Shown in pieces: positions 12,248-22,609 of a stretch of DNA of 64,000 bases. A program made the translations under genes and the position numbers. The stretch spans positions 63,625 through 127,624 of the forward strand of contig NW_005434540.1 in NCBI RefSeq assembly GCF_000315625.1, written 5' to 3'. The notes beneath the pieces were generated by a model. That model worked only from the letters and a program-made list of their open reading frames with translations. It ran no database searches and was not told the DNA's origin. Numbering within the stretch: the first letter of the stretch is position 1; each line of letters begins with the position of its first letter. Origin of the DNA: Guillardia theta CCMP2712 (lineage: Eukaryota > Protista > Cryptophyta).

Positions 12248-14325
12248 TTATTTGCATGAAGATGAAAACGACTGCGATTTGTGTTGAACATTACTAAGCA
12301 TTGTCTGGCAATCTTCATTTTGCGCTTCTTCTTTAGTCTGCTCCTTCACCCGCTGCACATTCCGGATCAACAGGACCGAAGTCTGTCCACAAGTATAAGA
12401 GCTGCCCCGTAGCAGCAAGGCGAGCAACTTCTTCTTACCTAGCAGCAAGGCGAGCAACTCGTGCAGTACCTCCTATCTCCTAGAGCAGGGTCAGGCGGAT
12501 CCAACCCGATGGTGAGACGACGACCTTGCAAGTAGTCGGAAAGACTTGCGACGTGATGTAGGACTTTGACTACCAACAACCGTCGCCTATGTTGTCATGG
12601 TGATGAGGCTCGAAGCCAGGCCCGACGCGCTGCGAGGCAGGGCCATGGCTTACAACAAGAAGCTTCTTGATAAGCTAAAGTCATGAGATCAAAACAAGTC
12701 GAGGAGAAGCTCTAGGTGAATGGCTGCTTCTGAAAGGAAAGTTGAAGGCTTGACCGTCTCGAGCAGAAAAACAAGTTCCACCCCCTGCTCTTGCGTACAA
12801 CTCATCCGTTCTGATTTGCAGTTTCAGCTTTCCATCTAGAATGCTGGCTCCACTTGGCTGTTGTGAGGATTGAATAAAGCTTTTGAAGCAAGACGAGAAG
12901 CAGCTGACGAGAGTCTTGAAGGGTCGAGATTTGTGTGAAAGTTGTGAGTCGACAATGCTTCACCGGACAGCTGCTGGACATTGATGTCGAAATACTCGTA
13001 TGAGAAGCTTCCTTCGGTGTTCGGAGGTAGAATCATTTCATTCTATTGTCCGAGGAGCCAAAGGTCTCCTTCATACTCTGCAGGCTTGCAACTTCGTCCT
13101 GTGCGACTTCCAGCGGCTCTGCTTCAGGAACCTCTTCCTTACTGTGGACATCAATCAGCGCCTTCTCAGTGACTACAGCGCTGAGTTGAGGAGCTTTGCA
13201 TTAGCAATCCGAGTCGATGCGCAAAATTTGACATCACGTTGTCGAGGGGATGGAGCTTGTAGATGGCGTCCCTTGCGGTGTAGGAGCCGTTGGGCGTGCA
13301 GGAGTGACTGTGGAGCTGGAAGACGCTCGGCAGGTAGCGTATCCGCATGCTCGCCGCGCAAGTCCCTGAGGGATCGGAGGGAGCAGTCCTTGAGGACGGC
13401 CAACCATTCGACAGCATCCCTTTCGTTGCGAGCCTTGGTGTCAGGGAGGGCGATCATGTCAGCAGTCTCAACTAGCCCCGCCCACTGCTTCCTCGGGCAT
13501 CGTACCTGCTCCTCTGTGTACGTGTACATATCCTCTCTGCTGGTGATCAGGGCTGATCCTGGTAAGAATTCAGCTGCGCAGGTTGCAGATCGCAACATGA
13601 AGACGATACGACGATCGCAAGGAATGCAGAATAGGCGCTTCACCTGCAAGGCCAAATTCCGACTTGGAACGCTGTGATGAATCCCTTTGACTTGACTGAG
13701 CTTTAACACTTCCGACTGTTGCAGCTTGTTCGACAACTCCGAACAGATAGAGAAAATTCATACCAGATTAAGTGCCGTCGTGGCACTGACTGTGAGGATT
13801 CAGTCCTGTGGCTAAGAGATTCAAGTCAAGGACGTGGAGGCTTATATATCCGGCCTCGCTAGTCATGATCTGACGGTTGATCTCTTGACAATGGAGGGCC
13901 GATCGGAGAAAGCTTAGGGCTTGTGTAGGTGGCGAAAGCAAGATTCTTGGTGAAGAGAAAGGTTTGAAGGCAAAAATGTCGGGCTTATGTGTATGTACGA
14001 CGGGCTTGTAGGCGAGTACGACGGTCGGCGTATACTGCAGCTCGTCATGTCCCGGTCCACGTACTGATTCATAGAGCATGTTCAATTCTCGAATTGTAGA
14101 CAAAGCAAGTTCCATGGTCAGGGCTTTGACAGAGGCATGGAAATGAGGCAGACTTGAATGTGCGCAAGTTCCTTTCAAAGCGATCAAGCAGGGCTGCAGG
14201 GGACAAGAGACGCAGGAAACAACAAACAGTAGTCGAAGGCTCGAGCCACTGTGGGAGCGAGAGGTTGCGACGAGGACGAAGTTTGCGACTTCCTGTGCAT
14301 ATATCACATCAATCATGTCGGTCAA
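12248..14325 (-). CDS. Multi-exon hypothetical gene, copy 2
   Basis: Paralog of 8867-10791, convergent with the Zn2Cys6 gene. Confidence 0.5.
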
Positions 14326-14717
14326 TATTTTTTCAGGGGAAATCGAGCTAAAATAAGAATTTTGCTATAATACTTTTAGATCACTTTTAAAAAACAGGAT
14401 GCTACCTTGCTCCGATACTACCCCCCTCGAGCAGACTACCCCACGAAGGCCACGATTCATAACCCCTGCCCTTGAAGGTCTGCCTTTCAATATGCCGTGA
14501 CCGTGACAGTGATGTGGAGGTCACGTTACGCTACATGTACGGGTAGAGTTCAGAAAATTTACAGCGAGAATAGAGGAGGATCAACTTGGGGGCCGCGGGA
14601 TGGGGCGTCACCCGCACCGCCAGGAGCCGCGATTCCAACGCCTAAACCGGTCAACCCCAAAACATTCCTTACGTATCGTATTAAAGACGATGTAGGCCGC
14701 GCCACGCAAAGGATAGC

Positions 14718-16418
14718 ATGGTAGTTGTCAACAAGAAACAATTCTATGCAGGCATGCAGCAGCCCACCCACACGCTGGACAAACCTTACAAGGACCAGTC
14801 ACACGACAGCGCGCGGAATTACATCACCGGCTATTCCCTCCTCACATACACCAACCGCTCAAAGATCATCAACTCCGTCATCGCCCTCATAATCTTCTGG
14901 CTCAGCTTCGGCGCTTGCTGTGTCACCCTTGGCAGGTCCTACAAGAACAGCAAGATGCCCTCCAATATCATCTCCTACTCACTGGAGCCCTGGGACGAGT
15001 ACAGTTCGCTGGAGAACACACTGAAGGCCTTCACCAACACATCCTCCACCATCAAAGACAACGTCAAGGCCCTCTGGTACTGGTCGCTGTGTGATCAGTA
15101 CATCACCACCGGCAGGGTGCCCAAGAGCACCGACAAGATGGCGCTGGAGGTGGTCTCGGCCTCGAACCCGGTCTACATGCCCGGCGGCTGCAACTGCATC
15201 GCGCAGGTCGCCCACGCCATGGGGGATGGATGGCTCTACGAATCAGCCACCAACCCAACCAAAGGAGAGGTCAAGGAGATGCTCAACTTCTGCACCTACG
15301 AGGGGAGCATGCCGCAGACCATGAAGGTCAGCAGCAAGCCGTACCGCACCATGTTCTTCATCTACGGCTTCCTCCTCCTCGCCTCCTCCTCGATCATCAT
15401 CGCGAACTTCATGCACGACGTCCTCGTCCTGGCACTCAAGGACAGAAGAGAACAGGCGCCGCAAGGGAGCTTGACCGTCGTCTTTGGCGCCGATACGATC
15501 AAGAAGGTTGCAAGCTACCTCAACGTCAAGCTCATCCTCGTGACATTGATGTGCACTATCATATTTCTCGTTATGACAATCCTACTGCTGACCACGAGCA
15601 AGGGAGCGCCCGACGACGCAAAGCATCCGGCGGACCTGCTCGCCGGCATATTCATCGCCATCGGCAGCGCCATCATCCTCCTCTTCGTGACCCCATACGT
15701 CTTATACGGCGGGTCCTCCGATAATATCGCACGCATCGTGGAGAGGTTCGCCAGGAATGAGGTGGATGCCGGTATCAAGTTCATCCGAGAAGAACATGAG
15801 ATCACCTACAAGAACTCCGACATCCTCAACGCCCAGGGGCAGATCGAGCAGCTCTGGACGGACGTCATCTCCATCCCGGCGGTGGTGGCCCTTACCGTCG
15901 CCGTATGCATCATGAGGCAATGGACGGACTTCGATATCATCATGTTCAACGTCATCCTGGTCTTCCTCCTCCTCATCTTCGCCACGGCAAGCAACTGGGT
16001 GACCTGCCACTGGACCAGGGTGGCCAGTTTCACGAAAGCATACGCGAAAACCGTCTCCACGACCGACAGCACGAGGCAAGAAAAGCTAAATACCATCGGG
16101 GAGACCCTCAACAGCTTCTACCAGGGCTACAAAAACATCATCACGGTTACCCAGATCTTCATCCTGCTTGCACTGGTGTTCACGGCCACCCCCAGCAGCG
16201 ACGTCAACCACTACAACTACCTCGCCATGTACAACTGGATCTACTTTATGGGATTCCTCTTCCTGATCTACATGGCCCCGGACATCTGGAATGACATGCA
16301 GCAGCTGAAGCTCCACAACGTCACCGCCATCAAGCAGCTCATGCTCAACCTCCTCAGCTTCACCGTCTTCATCACCGTGAGCTACACCGAGTTCTGGAAC
16401 AAGTCGGTAGTGACCTGA
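14718..16418 (+). CDS. 566-aa polytopic membrane protein (~9 TM) with a Cys-containing extramembrane loop
   Basis: About nine hydrophobic segments; loop LCDQY..GGCNCI..NFCTY between TM1 and TM2; strong codon bias; TATTAAAGA at 14679. Confidence 0.85.
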   Translation: MVVVNKKQFYAGMQQPTHTLDKPYKDQSHDSARNYITGYSLLTYTNRSKIINSVIALIIFWLSFGACCVTLGRSYKNSKMPSNIISYSLEPWDEYSSLENTLKAFTNTSSTIKDNVKALWYWSLCDQYITTGRVPKSTDKMALEVVSASNPVYMPGGCNCIAQVAHAMGDGWLYESATNPTKGEVKEMLNFCTYEGSMPQTMKVSSKPYRTMFFIYGFLLLASSSIIIANFMHDVLVLALKDRREQAPQGSLTVVFGADTIKKVASYLNVKLILVTLMCTIIFLVMTILLLTTSKGAPDDAKHPADLLAGIFIAIGSAIILLFVTPYVLYGGSSDNIARIVERFARNEVDAGIKFIREEHEITYKNSDILNAQGQIEQLWTDVISIPAVVALTVAVCIMRQWTDFDIIMFNVILVFLLLIFATASNWVTCHWTRVASFTKAYAKTVSTTDSTRQEKLNTIGETLNSFYQGYKNIITVTQIFILLALVFTATPSSDVNHYNYLAMYNWIYFMGFLFLIYMAPDIWNDMQQLKLHNVTAIKQLMLNLLSFTVFITVSYTEFWNKSVVT

Positions 16419-16481
16419 TCGGTATCTTTAACGGGAATGAATGGCATTTAAGAATAGACCCCACGCCCCCCCTCCCAGAGC

Positions 16482-17273
16482 ATGACAGAGGACAACCTCG
16501 TCTATCCATACCCCCGCCCCTACATGTGCTCACACCCTCCCCTGCAGCTCAACCAGGACCCGCTGCTCAGGGATAACACGATCGCCCCCATGTCTCTGCA
16601 GAAGGCCTACGACATCCTAGACTTCCAGATGTTCATGATGCAGAACCCACACCTCATCACCGACCTCGAGTGGCACGAGCTCGGGGCCATCAGCGACAGG
16701 ATGGAGAGCAGGATCAGGCTCAACGAGAGCAAGGCGTGGAAATTCTGGAAAGACGTCAAGAAGAGGGCGACGGAAGCCGGGAAGGCGGCGTACGAGAAGG
16801 GACGAGCCGCCGCGAATCGGGCAAGGCGGGCATGGGGCAGGCAACCCGCACCCGCCCAGGCCGGCCCCTCCCAGCCAGTGCATCCCATGCCTCCCCCGGA
16901 GCAGATGATCGCCCCCCCTCCTCCCGGGCCCCCACCCGAGGTCCCACAGGAGTACGGCCCGGCACCCCCACCGCCGGGGTACCTACCGCCGCCACCCAAC
17001 CAGGAGACATACGGCCCGCGCCCAGATCCGGAGGCGTACATGCCGCAGCAGCCACAAGAGATGCAAGACCCCAACCACATCCCACAGCAGCGTGGGCCTC
17101 CTCCAGAGTTCATCGTACCCGACGGGGGCGTCCTCCTCATACCAGCCCACCACGCCCCCTACGCCTACCCGCCACCCCCACCCGGGGCCGTGGAGGGCAT
17201 CTCCTCACCCTTTCTCACCATCTTCAACCAGAACCCGAGGCACCAAATCCCAAGGCCTGTAACAAGGATATAA
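16482..17273 (+). CDS. 263-aa Pro/Tyr-rich protein with an NPH-motif domain and a PPxY motif
   Basis: FMMQNPHLITDLEWHELGAI; poly-Pro tail containing PPGY; CATTTAAGA at 16445. Confidence 0.75.
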   Translation: MTEDNLVYPYPRPYMCSHPPLQLNQDPLLRDNTIAPMSLQKAYDILDFQMFMMQNPHLITDLEWHELGAISDRMESRIRLNESKAWKFWKDVKKRATEAGKAAYEKGRAAANRARRAWGRQPAPAQAGPSQPVHPMPPPEQMIAPPPPGPPPEVPQEYGPAPPPPGYLPPPPNQETYGPRPDPEAYMPQQPQEMQDPNHIPQQRGPPPEFIVPDGGVLLIPAHHAPYAYPPPPPGAVEGISSPFLTIFNQNPRHQIPRPVTRI

Positions 17274-17309
17274 GCACCGCCGTCGGCCCGCGGGGCAGAG
17301 GAGCAAGGC

Positions 17310-17681
17310 ATGCAAGCGTATTACCCACCCCAGCCCCAGCCCCAGCCCTACTACTACTACTACGGGGCGCCCTACATGCAAGCCCCCGCCCAGCCCGAGC
17401 CCGTGCCCATGCAGCCACAACTCGAGAGCGACTGGGACCTCGACGACGACCACGAGGCGATCCACTTCCTCTTCGCCAACCCCCACGCCGTGGACATGAT
17501 CGACGGAGACCTGATGGAGGCGATCAAGTCCAAGGCCAAGGAGCTCCACGCAAGGCTGAGCAAGGGGAAGAAGAGGTCCGCCGGACACCACCCCCCAGCG
17601 GCAGCGCACAGGGTCAGCGTCGGAGGCATCATCAACGACCCCAACCGCCTCAGCTCGCAGTTGCTGCAGCGCTATAGCTAG
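17310..17681 (+). CDS. 123-aa Pro/Tyr/Gln-rich protein, paralogous in the NPH domain to the upstream gene
   Basis: FLFANPHAVDMIDGDLMEAI; TATAAG at 17269. Confidence 0.75.
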   Translation: MQAYYPPQPQPQPYYYYYGAPYMQAPAQPEPVPMQPQLESDWDLDDDHEAIHFLFANPHAVDMIDGDLMEAIKSKAKELHARLSKGKKRSAGHHPPAAAHRVSVGGIINDPNRLSSQLLQRYS

Positions 17682-17706
17682 ATCACCACGTGTATAATAT
17701 ACATAA

Positions 17707-18397
17707 TCAAACAGAGCCGCTATGAATCTTCTCGTACATCAAACCCATGCTCCTCATGAACTTCATCTTGTCCTCCGTCAGGCTGGGGCACTCCTTGAAG
17801 AGGTTCTGCATGATGTGCTCCGCCGTCTCCTCCTCGCTCAGGGAGAACACCGTGAAGCTCGGCCTCGCATCCTCGCTCGCGGGACCGAGGATGCCGTTGA
17901 TGATGTCCGACAGGTCCATCACGTCCGACCCCTCCCCCCTGCGGTCGAACCTCAGACGCTTGGCCGAGGGCTTGGTCGCCATCGCCTTGGACCGCATCAC
18001 CTATAACCGCCACGAAACCGTCACATGTAAATACACCCAGCCCCCGCCTCACCGTAAACCTCGTAGCGGTCCGCTTCTTCTCCACCAGCAGCTGAGTGGG
18101 GATCCTCAGCTTCACCTGCCCATCGGGGAGGCGCTCGAGGTTCTTGAAGTCCTTCGTCAGCCTCACGTGCCGGAACATCGCCTTCTGGATCCTCAGGCTC
18201 AGCGTGTAGTACAGGTCCCCGATCCGGATCGCCGGGAACTGGTCCTTCACACCGCCGTCCACCGGCTGGAACCAGCTGCAGTAGCACTCCCTCCTCACCA
18301 GGTGGTGGATCATGTCCTTGCAGCACGGGCTCCGCTCGTACTCCCACCCCTTCCCCGCCACCACCAGCCGGTTCCTCACAAGGTCGACCTCCTTCAT
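17707..18397 (-). CDS. Two-exon 212-aa hypothetical protein (exons 18397-18053 and 18000-17707)
   Basis: A 52-bp phase-0 intron (GTGAGG...TGAC...TATAG, 18052-18001) joins ...KKRTATRFT to VMRSKAMATKPSAKRLRF...; NLS-like PSAKRLR. Confidence 0.7.
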
Positions 18398-18535
18398 GGC
18401 GCCATGCCGAAACCGCCTTCCACACCCCCGCCCCCGGCAGCGATCGAGTCAAAAAAACGAAGCAATCCAACACACCGTGTATTTAAGACACCCTGCAGCG
18501 CGGTCCCATCAAGATAAACCAAGGAAACAGAGCAC

Positions 18536-19533
18536 ATGTGGTTCATCAAAGAAGCGGGCAAGTCGTTCATCAAGGAGGGCAACCCCAAATACGTAGAGGA
18601 ATTGAAAAATCGATTCAAGGAGATCCAGAAGACGGTGGATGATATGAAGAAAAAGGAAGTCAAGGACTTGAGCGAACACCTGGCGGGAATGAAGCTCGAA
18701 GACGCCAAAAACAGGAATACAAGACACCTACGAGACCCAGCAGAGAATTGATCAAGAAGATGAACAACGCAATATACACGGCGTCAAACGAAGAACCAGA
18801 CTCCAACGTTCTATCCGACGACACATCGCGGCCACTGTTTGACTTCAGGAACCCAAGCAGTCAGGAGACCATCGTCGGCAGGATGATGCTCATGACAGAA
18901 CACGCCGTCTGGTACCAGCACTCCACCAAGCAGACCACCAGCGACGAGGGTATGCTCAAGCACGACTCCATCAGCACCTACAACATGATGGTGGCCCACG
19001 CGGTGCTCATGAAGATGTTGAGGGATGAAGAGCCCGATATCGACCCAAGCGAATTCATGTTCGCCGGCTTCGACCCCTCCCTGGCCTTCCACAGCGGTGC
19101 ACAGGAGATCTTCAACAACTTCCTAGGTGCGAAGATGAAAAAGCAGCTGACGGCGCAAGACCGCATCCAAAGAATAAGAGAACATAAACAACAGTTAAAA
19201 ACACTCAAGGCCAAGATCATACACAGGTACCAGATGACAGAGAAGCGCATAGCAGCCCTCAGAGCCACGATCAACATGAAGAGGACATACATGCAAGAAA
19301 CAACCGACCCCAAGCGCAAGAAGTCACTGGAAGATGCCATCAAGAGGATAGAGCTGCACATCGTTAGATGCGAGGAAGCGAGAAATATGAAAGGCACACG
19401 ACCCATCGCCGAGAAGACCAGACTCAAAACCATGGCCGAATTTCTGGCCCAGGCAAGAAAGGGCCACAACCGAAAGAAAAAGACGGGCAGTAACCAGAAC
19501 ACCAAGGCCAAGGGCAAGAAAACCTCCCGCTGA
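18536..19533 (+). CDS. Basic helical protein, probably one gene split by a 1-bp frameshift at an A5 run (18707-18711)
   Basis: ORF 18536-18751 and ORF ending 19533 join as ...EDAKKQEYKTPTRPSRELIKKMNN if one A is added; only one TATA box (18480) serves both. Confidence 0.6.
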
Positions 19534-19608
19534 TGACCGCCGAATCGTCGCAACGAGTGTATTTAAGATGCTTACCCTACACCTGATTAAAGACTCGTGA
19601 AGCCCGAC

Positions 19609-20625
19609 ATGTGGTATGTGAACGTAGGCATGAAAGTCATCCAAACCAATGTGTACGAACACTTCTTTGCGGAGAGAGCAATGACAGCTGATTACGAGAT
19701 CGTCGAGGGCAGGGACGGGGATGCAGTGATGGGGAATGACACCCATGGAGAGACCATGACCAGATTCAAGAAAGCCGTCAGAGAAAAGAAAGACAAGAGC
19801 GGTCAGTTCATCATCAAGCACAAATTAACTCCGGAAATACACGAAACGGATGTCCATGACACAAACGGGAATGTAGTGAAAGTTACGAAGACTGTATACC
19901 GGGCCATCCCTGGCGAATGGGAGATCATCGACATCTCAGACCAAGGAAAGGAAGTGTGGTTTCTATACAACGAAAGTGATGAGGACCACAGCATCATCCA
20001 CCAGCTCGGGTTCCCAGGCAACGCATGGTACCACAACTCGCACTCCTCTTCGAGCTCCATGTACGAGCGCATCTTCGAGGCCTTCCGCACGATGAGCAAC
20101 AACCAGCTTGAGATCAACAATATCATCAGTTCGAAAAAGGCGGGCAAGTCCAGTCCGCACGATCAAAAGCTGCTTGATGACTTCATTGAAACCAACAAAG
20201 CTCTACAGAAAAGGTTAGACCAGAATTTCAAGATCATGCAAGACCTGCATCTCGTCGAGAACCCGGAGAACGTGAGATATACCCTGGATAACATCGTCAA
20301 ACGCAAGATAAAGATATACCACCATGCACCCGACAAGGACGGTAACGGAAACACCATGCAGCAGGACGAAGAAACCCAAGGACGGAAGGTTGTATACGAA
20401 GCACTTCACAACAGGCTCAAGCAAATCCAGGAGCATTTCGACAAGGGAAGAAGCATCCCCCGCGAGATCCACTCCAAGGCAAGGAAAGAGGAGAAGGCCA
20501 AAGAGAAGCAGCAGGCCAGCGCCACGGCCATGGACACGGACAAACCCCAAACTAGGCGTGCGGCCAGCCCACCGCGCCCGCAGGGACACCGAACACAGGT
20601 CCCTAACGATCTACCATACTGGTGA
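19609..20625 (+). CDS. 338-aa hypothetical protein
   Basis: Intronless ORF from ATG 19609; shares the promoter 12-mer GTGTATTTAAGA and start context acATGTGGT with the 18536 gene. Confidence 0.75.
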   Translation: MWYVNVGMKVIQTNVYEHFFAERAMTADYEIVEGRDGDAVMGNDTHGETMTRFKKAVREKKDKSGQFIIKHKLTPEIHETDVHDTNGNVVKVTKTVYRAIPGEWEIIDISDQGKEVWFLYNESDEDHSIIHQLGFPGNAWYHNSHSSSSSMYERIFEAFRTMSNNQLEINNIISSKKAGKSSPHDQKLLDDFIETNKALQKRLDQNFKIMQDLHLVENPENVRYTLDNIVKRKIKIYHHAPDKDGNGNTMQQDEETQGRKVVYEALHNRLKQIQEHFDKGRSIPREIHSKARKEEKAKEKQQASATAMDTDKPQTRRAASPPRPQGHRTQVPNDLPYW

Positions 20626-20692
20626 TAAATTAAGAAAGGTTTATTTCTAAGGTAAATAAACACTCTATCACACTCAGACTGCCTGCCGATTC

Positions 20693-22456
20693 CTAGTCGC
20701 TATCGAACCCGTCACACCCGGAAGGGGCGGCGCGCTTCTTCAGCTCCCTCGGGGCATCCACCGCACTCCCACCGAAGGCGCGGGGCCTGGCAGAGGCGAT
20801 ATTGAGCAGCATGCAGAGGTAGTCCTTCTCCTCGACGTTGGAGATGAAACGGCCCTCCGAATCGAGCTTCGGTCCGAGGTCGATATGGACACGGCAGCAC
20901 TTCCTGAGCCTGAACGCACGGTGGTAAGGCTGGAAATCCACAGACACCCCCTCCTCATGATCCTCGGCATCCTTCTTGTCTCTCACGCGGAGATCCACAC
21001 GGATGACGATCATCCGCTTCATCTCCACGCCGTCCGCCTCGAACACGTAGAAGTGATTCGTGTTGATGCTCAGCATGAAGGTGCAGGGATCGTAACTTAC
21101 CCTCGCGTCACCCGGAAGGTCCTGGGACACGGGGGCAGTGCCTTCCATCCTCCCCACACGGGACATGAAAGCCAGCACCGGATCCTCCATCCCACGGGAC
21201 GGGTCGATCTGCAGCATCTTGTAGAAGTCGATAACGGGGATGCCACGGTACTTCGAGAGGCCCTCGATCACCCCGTTGTCATCCCCCCTCATGTTCCCGT
21301 TGTTCCTCACGACGAACAACCTCACCGCCTGGCAGCAGGCCGCGAGCTCCAGGAACCGGCACGCGCACTCCACGTCCTTGCAGTTGGTATACCTCAGCAA
21401 CAGGCTCTCGGACACATCCACCGTATCCAGGGTGATGGGGCTCGAGGCCGTCTCCACACACACGTTCACCAGCTGAACCATGCAGTGCTCGCGGGACACG
21501 TCCGGCCTCACCGCCTGCATCAGCGGGGAGACGTTGTCCAGAAACGCACACTCGCCGCCGGCACCGAAGAACCACACCGAGCAGGGGGCGCTACCCTCGG
21601 GGGCAAAAGTCTTGCAGTGATCCGTCACCACCTTCTGCGCGTCGAAGGTGTTGGGGAACTTCTCCATCGCATCGACGAAGGAGTGCAACGTCAACGGCAA
21701 GACGCGGATCTGCTTGATCTGCACCAGGTCACCTCCCTCATTCCTCCCCGCGTGGTTGGGCTTCAGCGTCAGCTCCACCAGAGTGAAGGGAGTGATCATC
21801 TCCATGTTCGCCGGGAAGAGGGGCTTGTAGCCCTGCTGCTTGGCATTCTTCTTCTCGAACTCGAAGGTCTTCATCGTCGTCGACATCCTCAGCGTCGCCC
21901 CCTGCCGGATCAGAGTCGCCAGGTCGTCCCTCACGGGGCCCTTGTACTGCGGGTTGCTCTCGTGCTTCTCAAAGGAGCGGATGAGCAGCTCCCGGGCCCC
22001 CGTCTCCGCACAGACACTCATGTCCGCGATGAACCTCGCGTCCTTCCCGGGGCGATCCTCCAGCGGGGCCTTGGCCCAGCCGGCGCTGAGAGGGGCGATC
22101 ACCGCAAAACCGCTCGGGATGGCCTTGATCTCCTTGCCGTACCGCATCTCGCGATCGGCCTTCTCGGTCATGAAGCTCTTCTGGGTGCAGTACACGGTAT
22201 CCACGGTGATGGCGACCACGGTGGAGAGGTTCAGCGTGCGCTGGTCCAGCGCCGGGAGCGGATACCTCTCCAGCCAGAGGTTGTTCGGGTTCAACAGGAC
22301 CTCCCTAGGGAGGAGCTCTGTGTTGATCACCGTCGGGGATTGCTTACAGACGCCCGCATCGGGCTCTGGACTTCCATACATAGGAACGTCCGCATCCTCC
22401 CCAACGGGAATGCTGTCAGAGTTCTCACGGATCTCGGTATTGCTCTTGCGTGGCAT
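20693..22456 (-). CDS. 587-aa hypothetical beta-rich protein with a short acidic tail
   Basis: Long intronless ORF with strong G/C3 bias; palindromic CTTATAAG at 22493-22500 upstream. Confidence 0.8.
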   Translation of the reverse strand: MPRKSNTEIRENSDSIPVGEDADVPMYGSPEPDAGVCKQSPTVINTELLPREVLLNPNNLWLERYPLPALDQRTLNLSTVVAITVDTVYCTQKSFMTEKADREMRYGKEIKAIPSGFAVIAPLSAGWAKAPLEDRPGKDARFIADMSVCAETGARELLIRSFEKHESNPQYKGPVRDDLATLIRQGATLRMSTTMKTFEFEKKNAKQQGYKPLFPANMEMITPFTLVELTLKPNHAGRNEGGDLVQIKQIRVLPLTLHSFVDAMEKFPNTFDAQKVVTDHCKTFAPEGSAPCSVWFFGAGGECAFLDNVSPLMQAVRPDVSREHCMVQLVNVCVETASSPITLDTVDVSESLLLRYTNCKDVECACRFLELAACCQAVRLFVVRNNGNMRGDDNGVIEGLSKYRGIPVIDFYKMLQIDPSRGMEDPVLAFMSRVGRMEGTAPVSQDLPGDARVSYDPCTFMLSINTNHFYVFEADGVEMKRMIVIRVDLRVRDKKDAEDHEEGVSVDFQPYHRAFRLRKCCRVHIDLGPKLDSEGRFISNVEEKDYLCMLLNIASARPRAFGGSAVDAPRELKKRAAPSGCDGFDSD

Positions 22457-22609
22457 GGGCAACGGGTGGGGCCTCTCCCGCGCCCCCGCTTCCTTATAAG
22501 CACTTTCCCCCCAAAAAAAAATCCTGCGGGGGTCCGCATCTCCCCCACTCTCTCCCTCTCTCGTGCAGGATCTCCGGATATAAACCTCCGGTAGAACATT
22601 CCACCATAG

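Larger units (their letters stand above)
11154..14529 (+). repeat. Tandem segmental duplication, copy 2 (~3.4 kb)
   Basis: Paralog of 7775-11007; extra 119 bp at 12594-12712 and a local AGCAGCAAGGCGAGCAACT duplication near 12411-12459. Confidence 0.95.

Noticed and set aside
16670-17677. 335-aa Arg/Pro-rich ORF
   Set aside because: Alternative-frame shadow across two real GC-rich genes.
17720-18000. C-terminal half of the 225-aa unspliced ORF
   Set aside because: Composition becomes shadow-like after the intron; the spliced frame is more protein-like.
20885-22594. 569-aa plus-strand ORF
   Set aside because: Antisense shadow of the G/C3-biased 587-aa gene; H/R/L/G-rich composition and no promoter.
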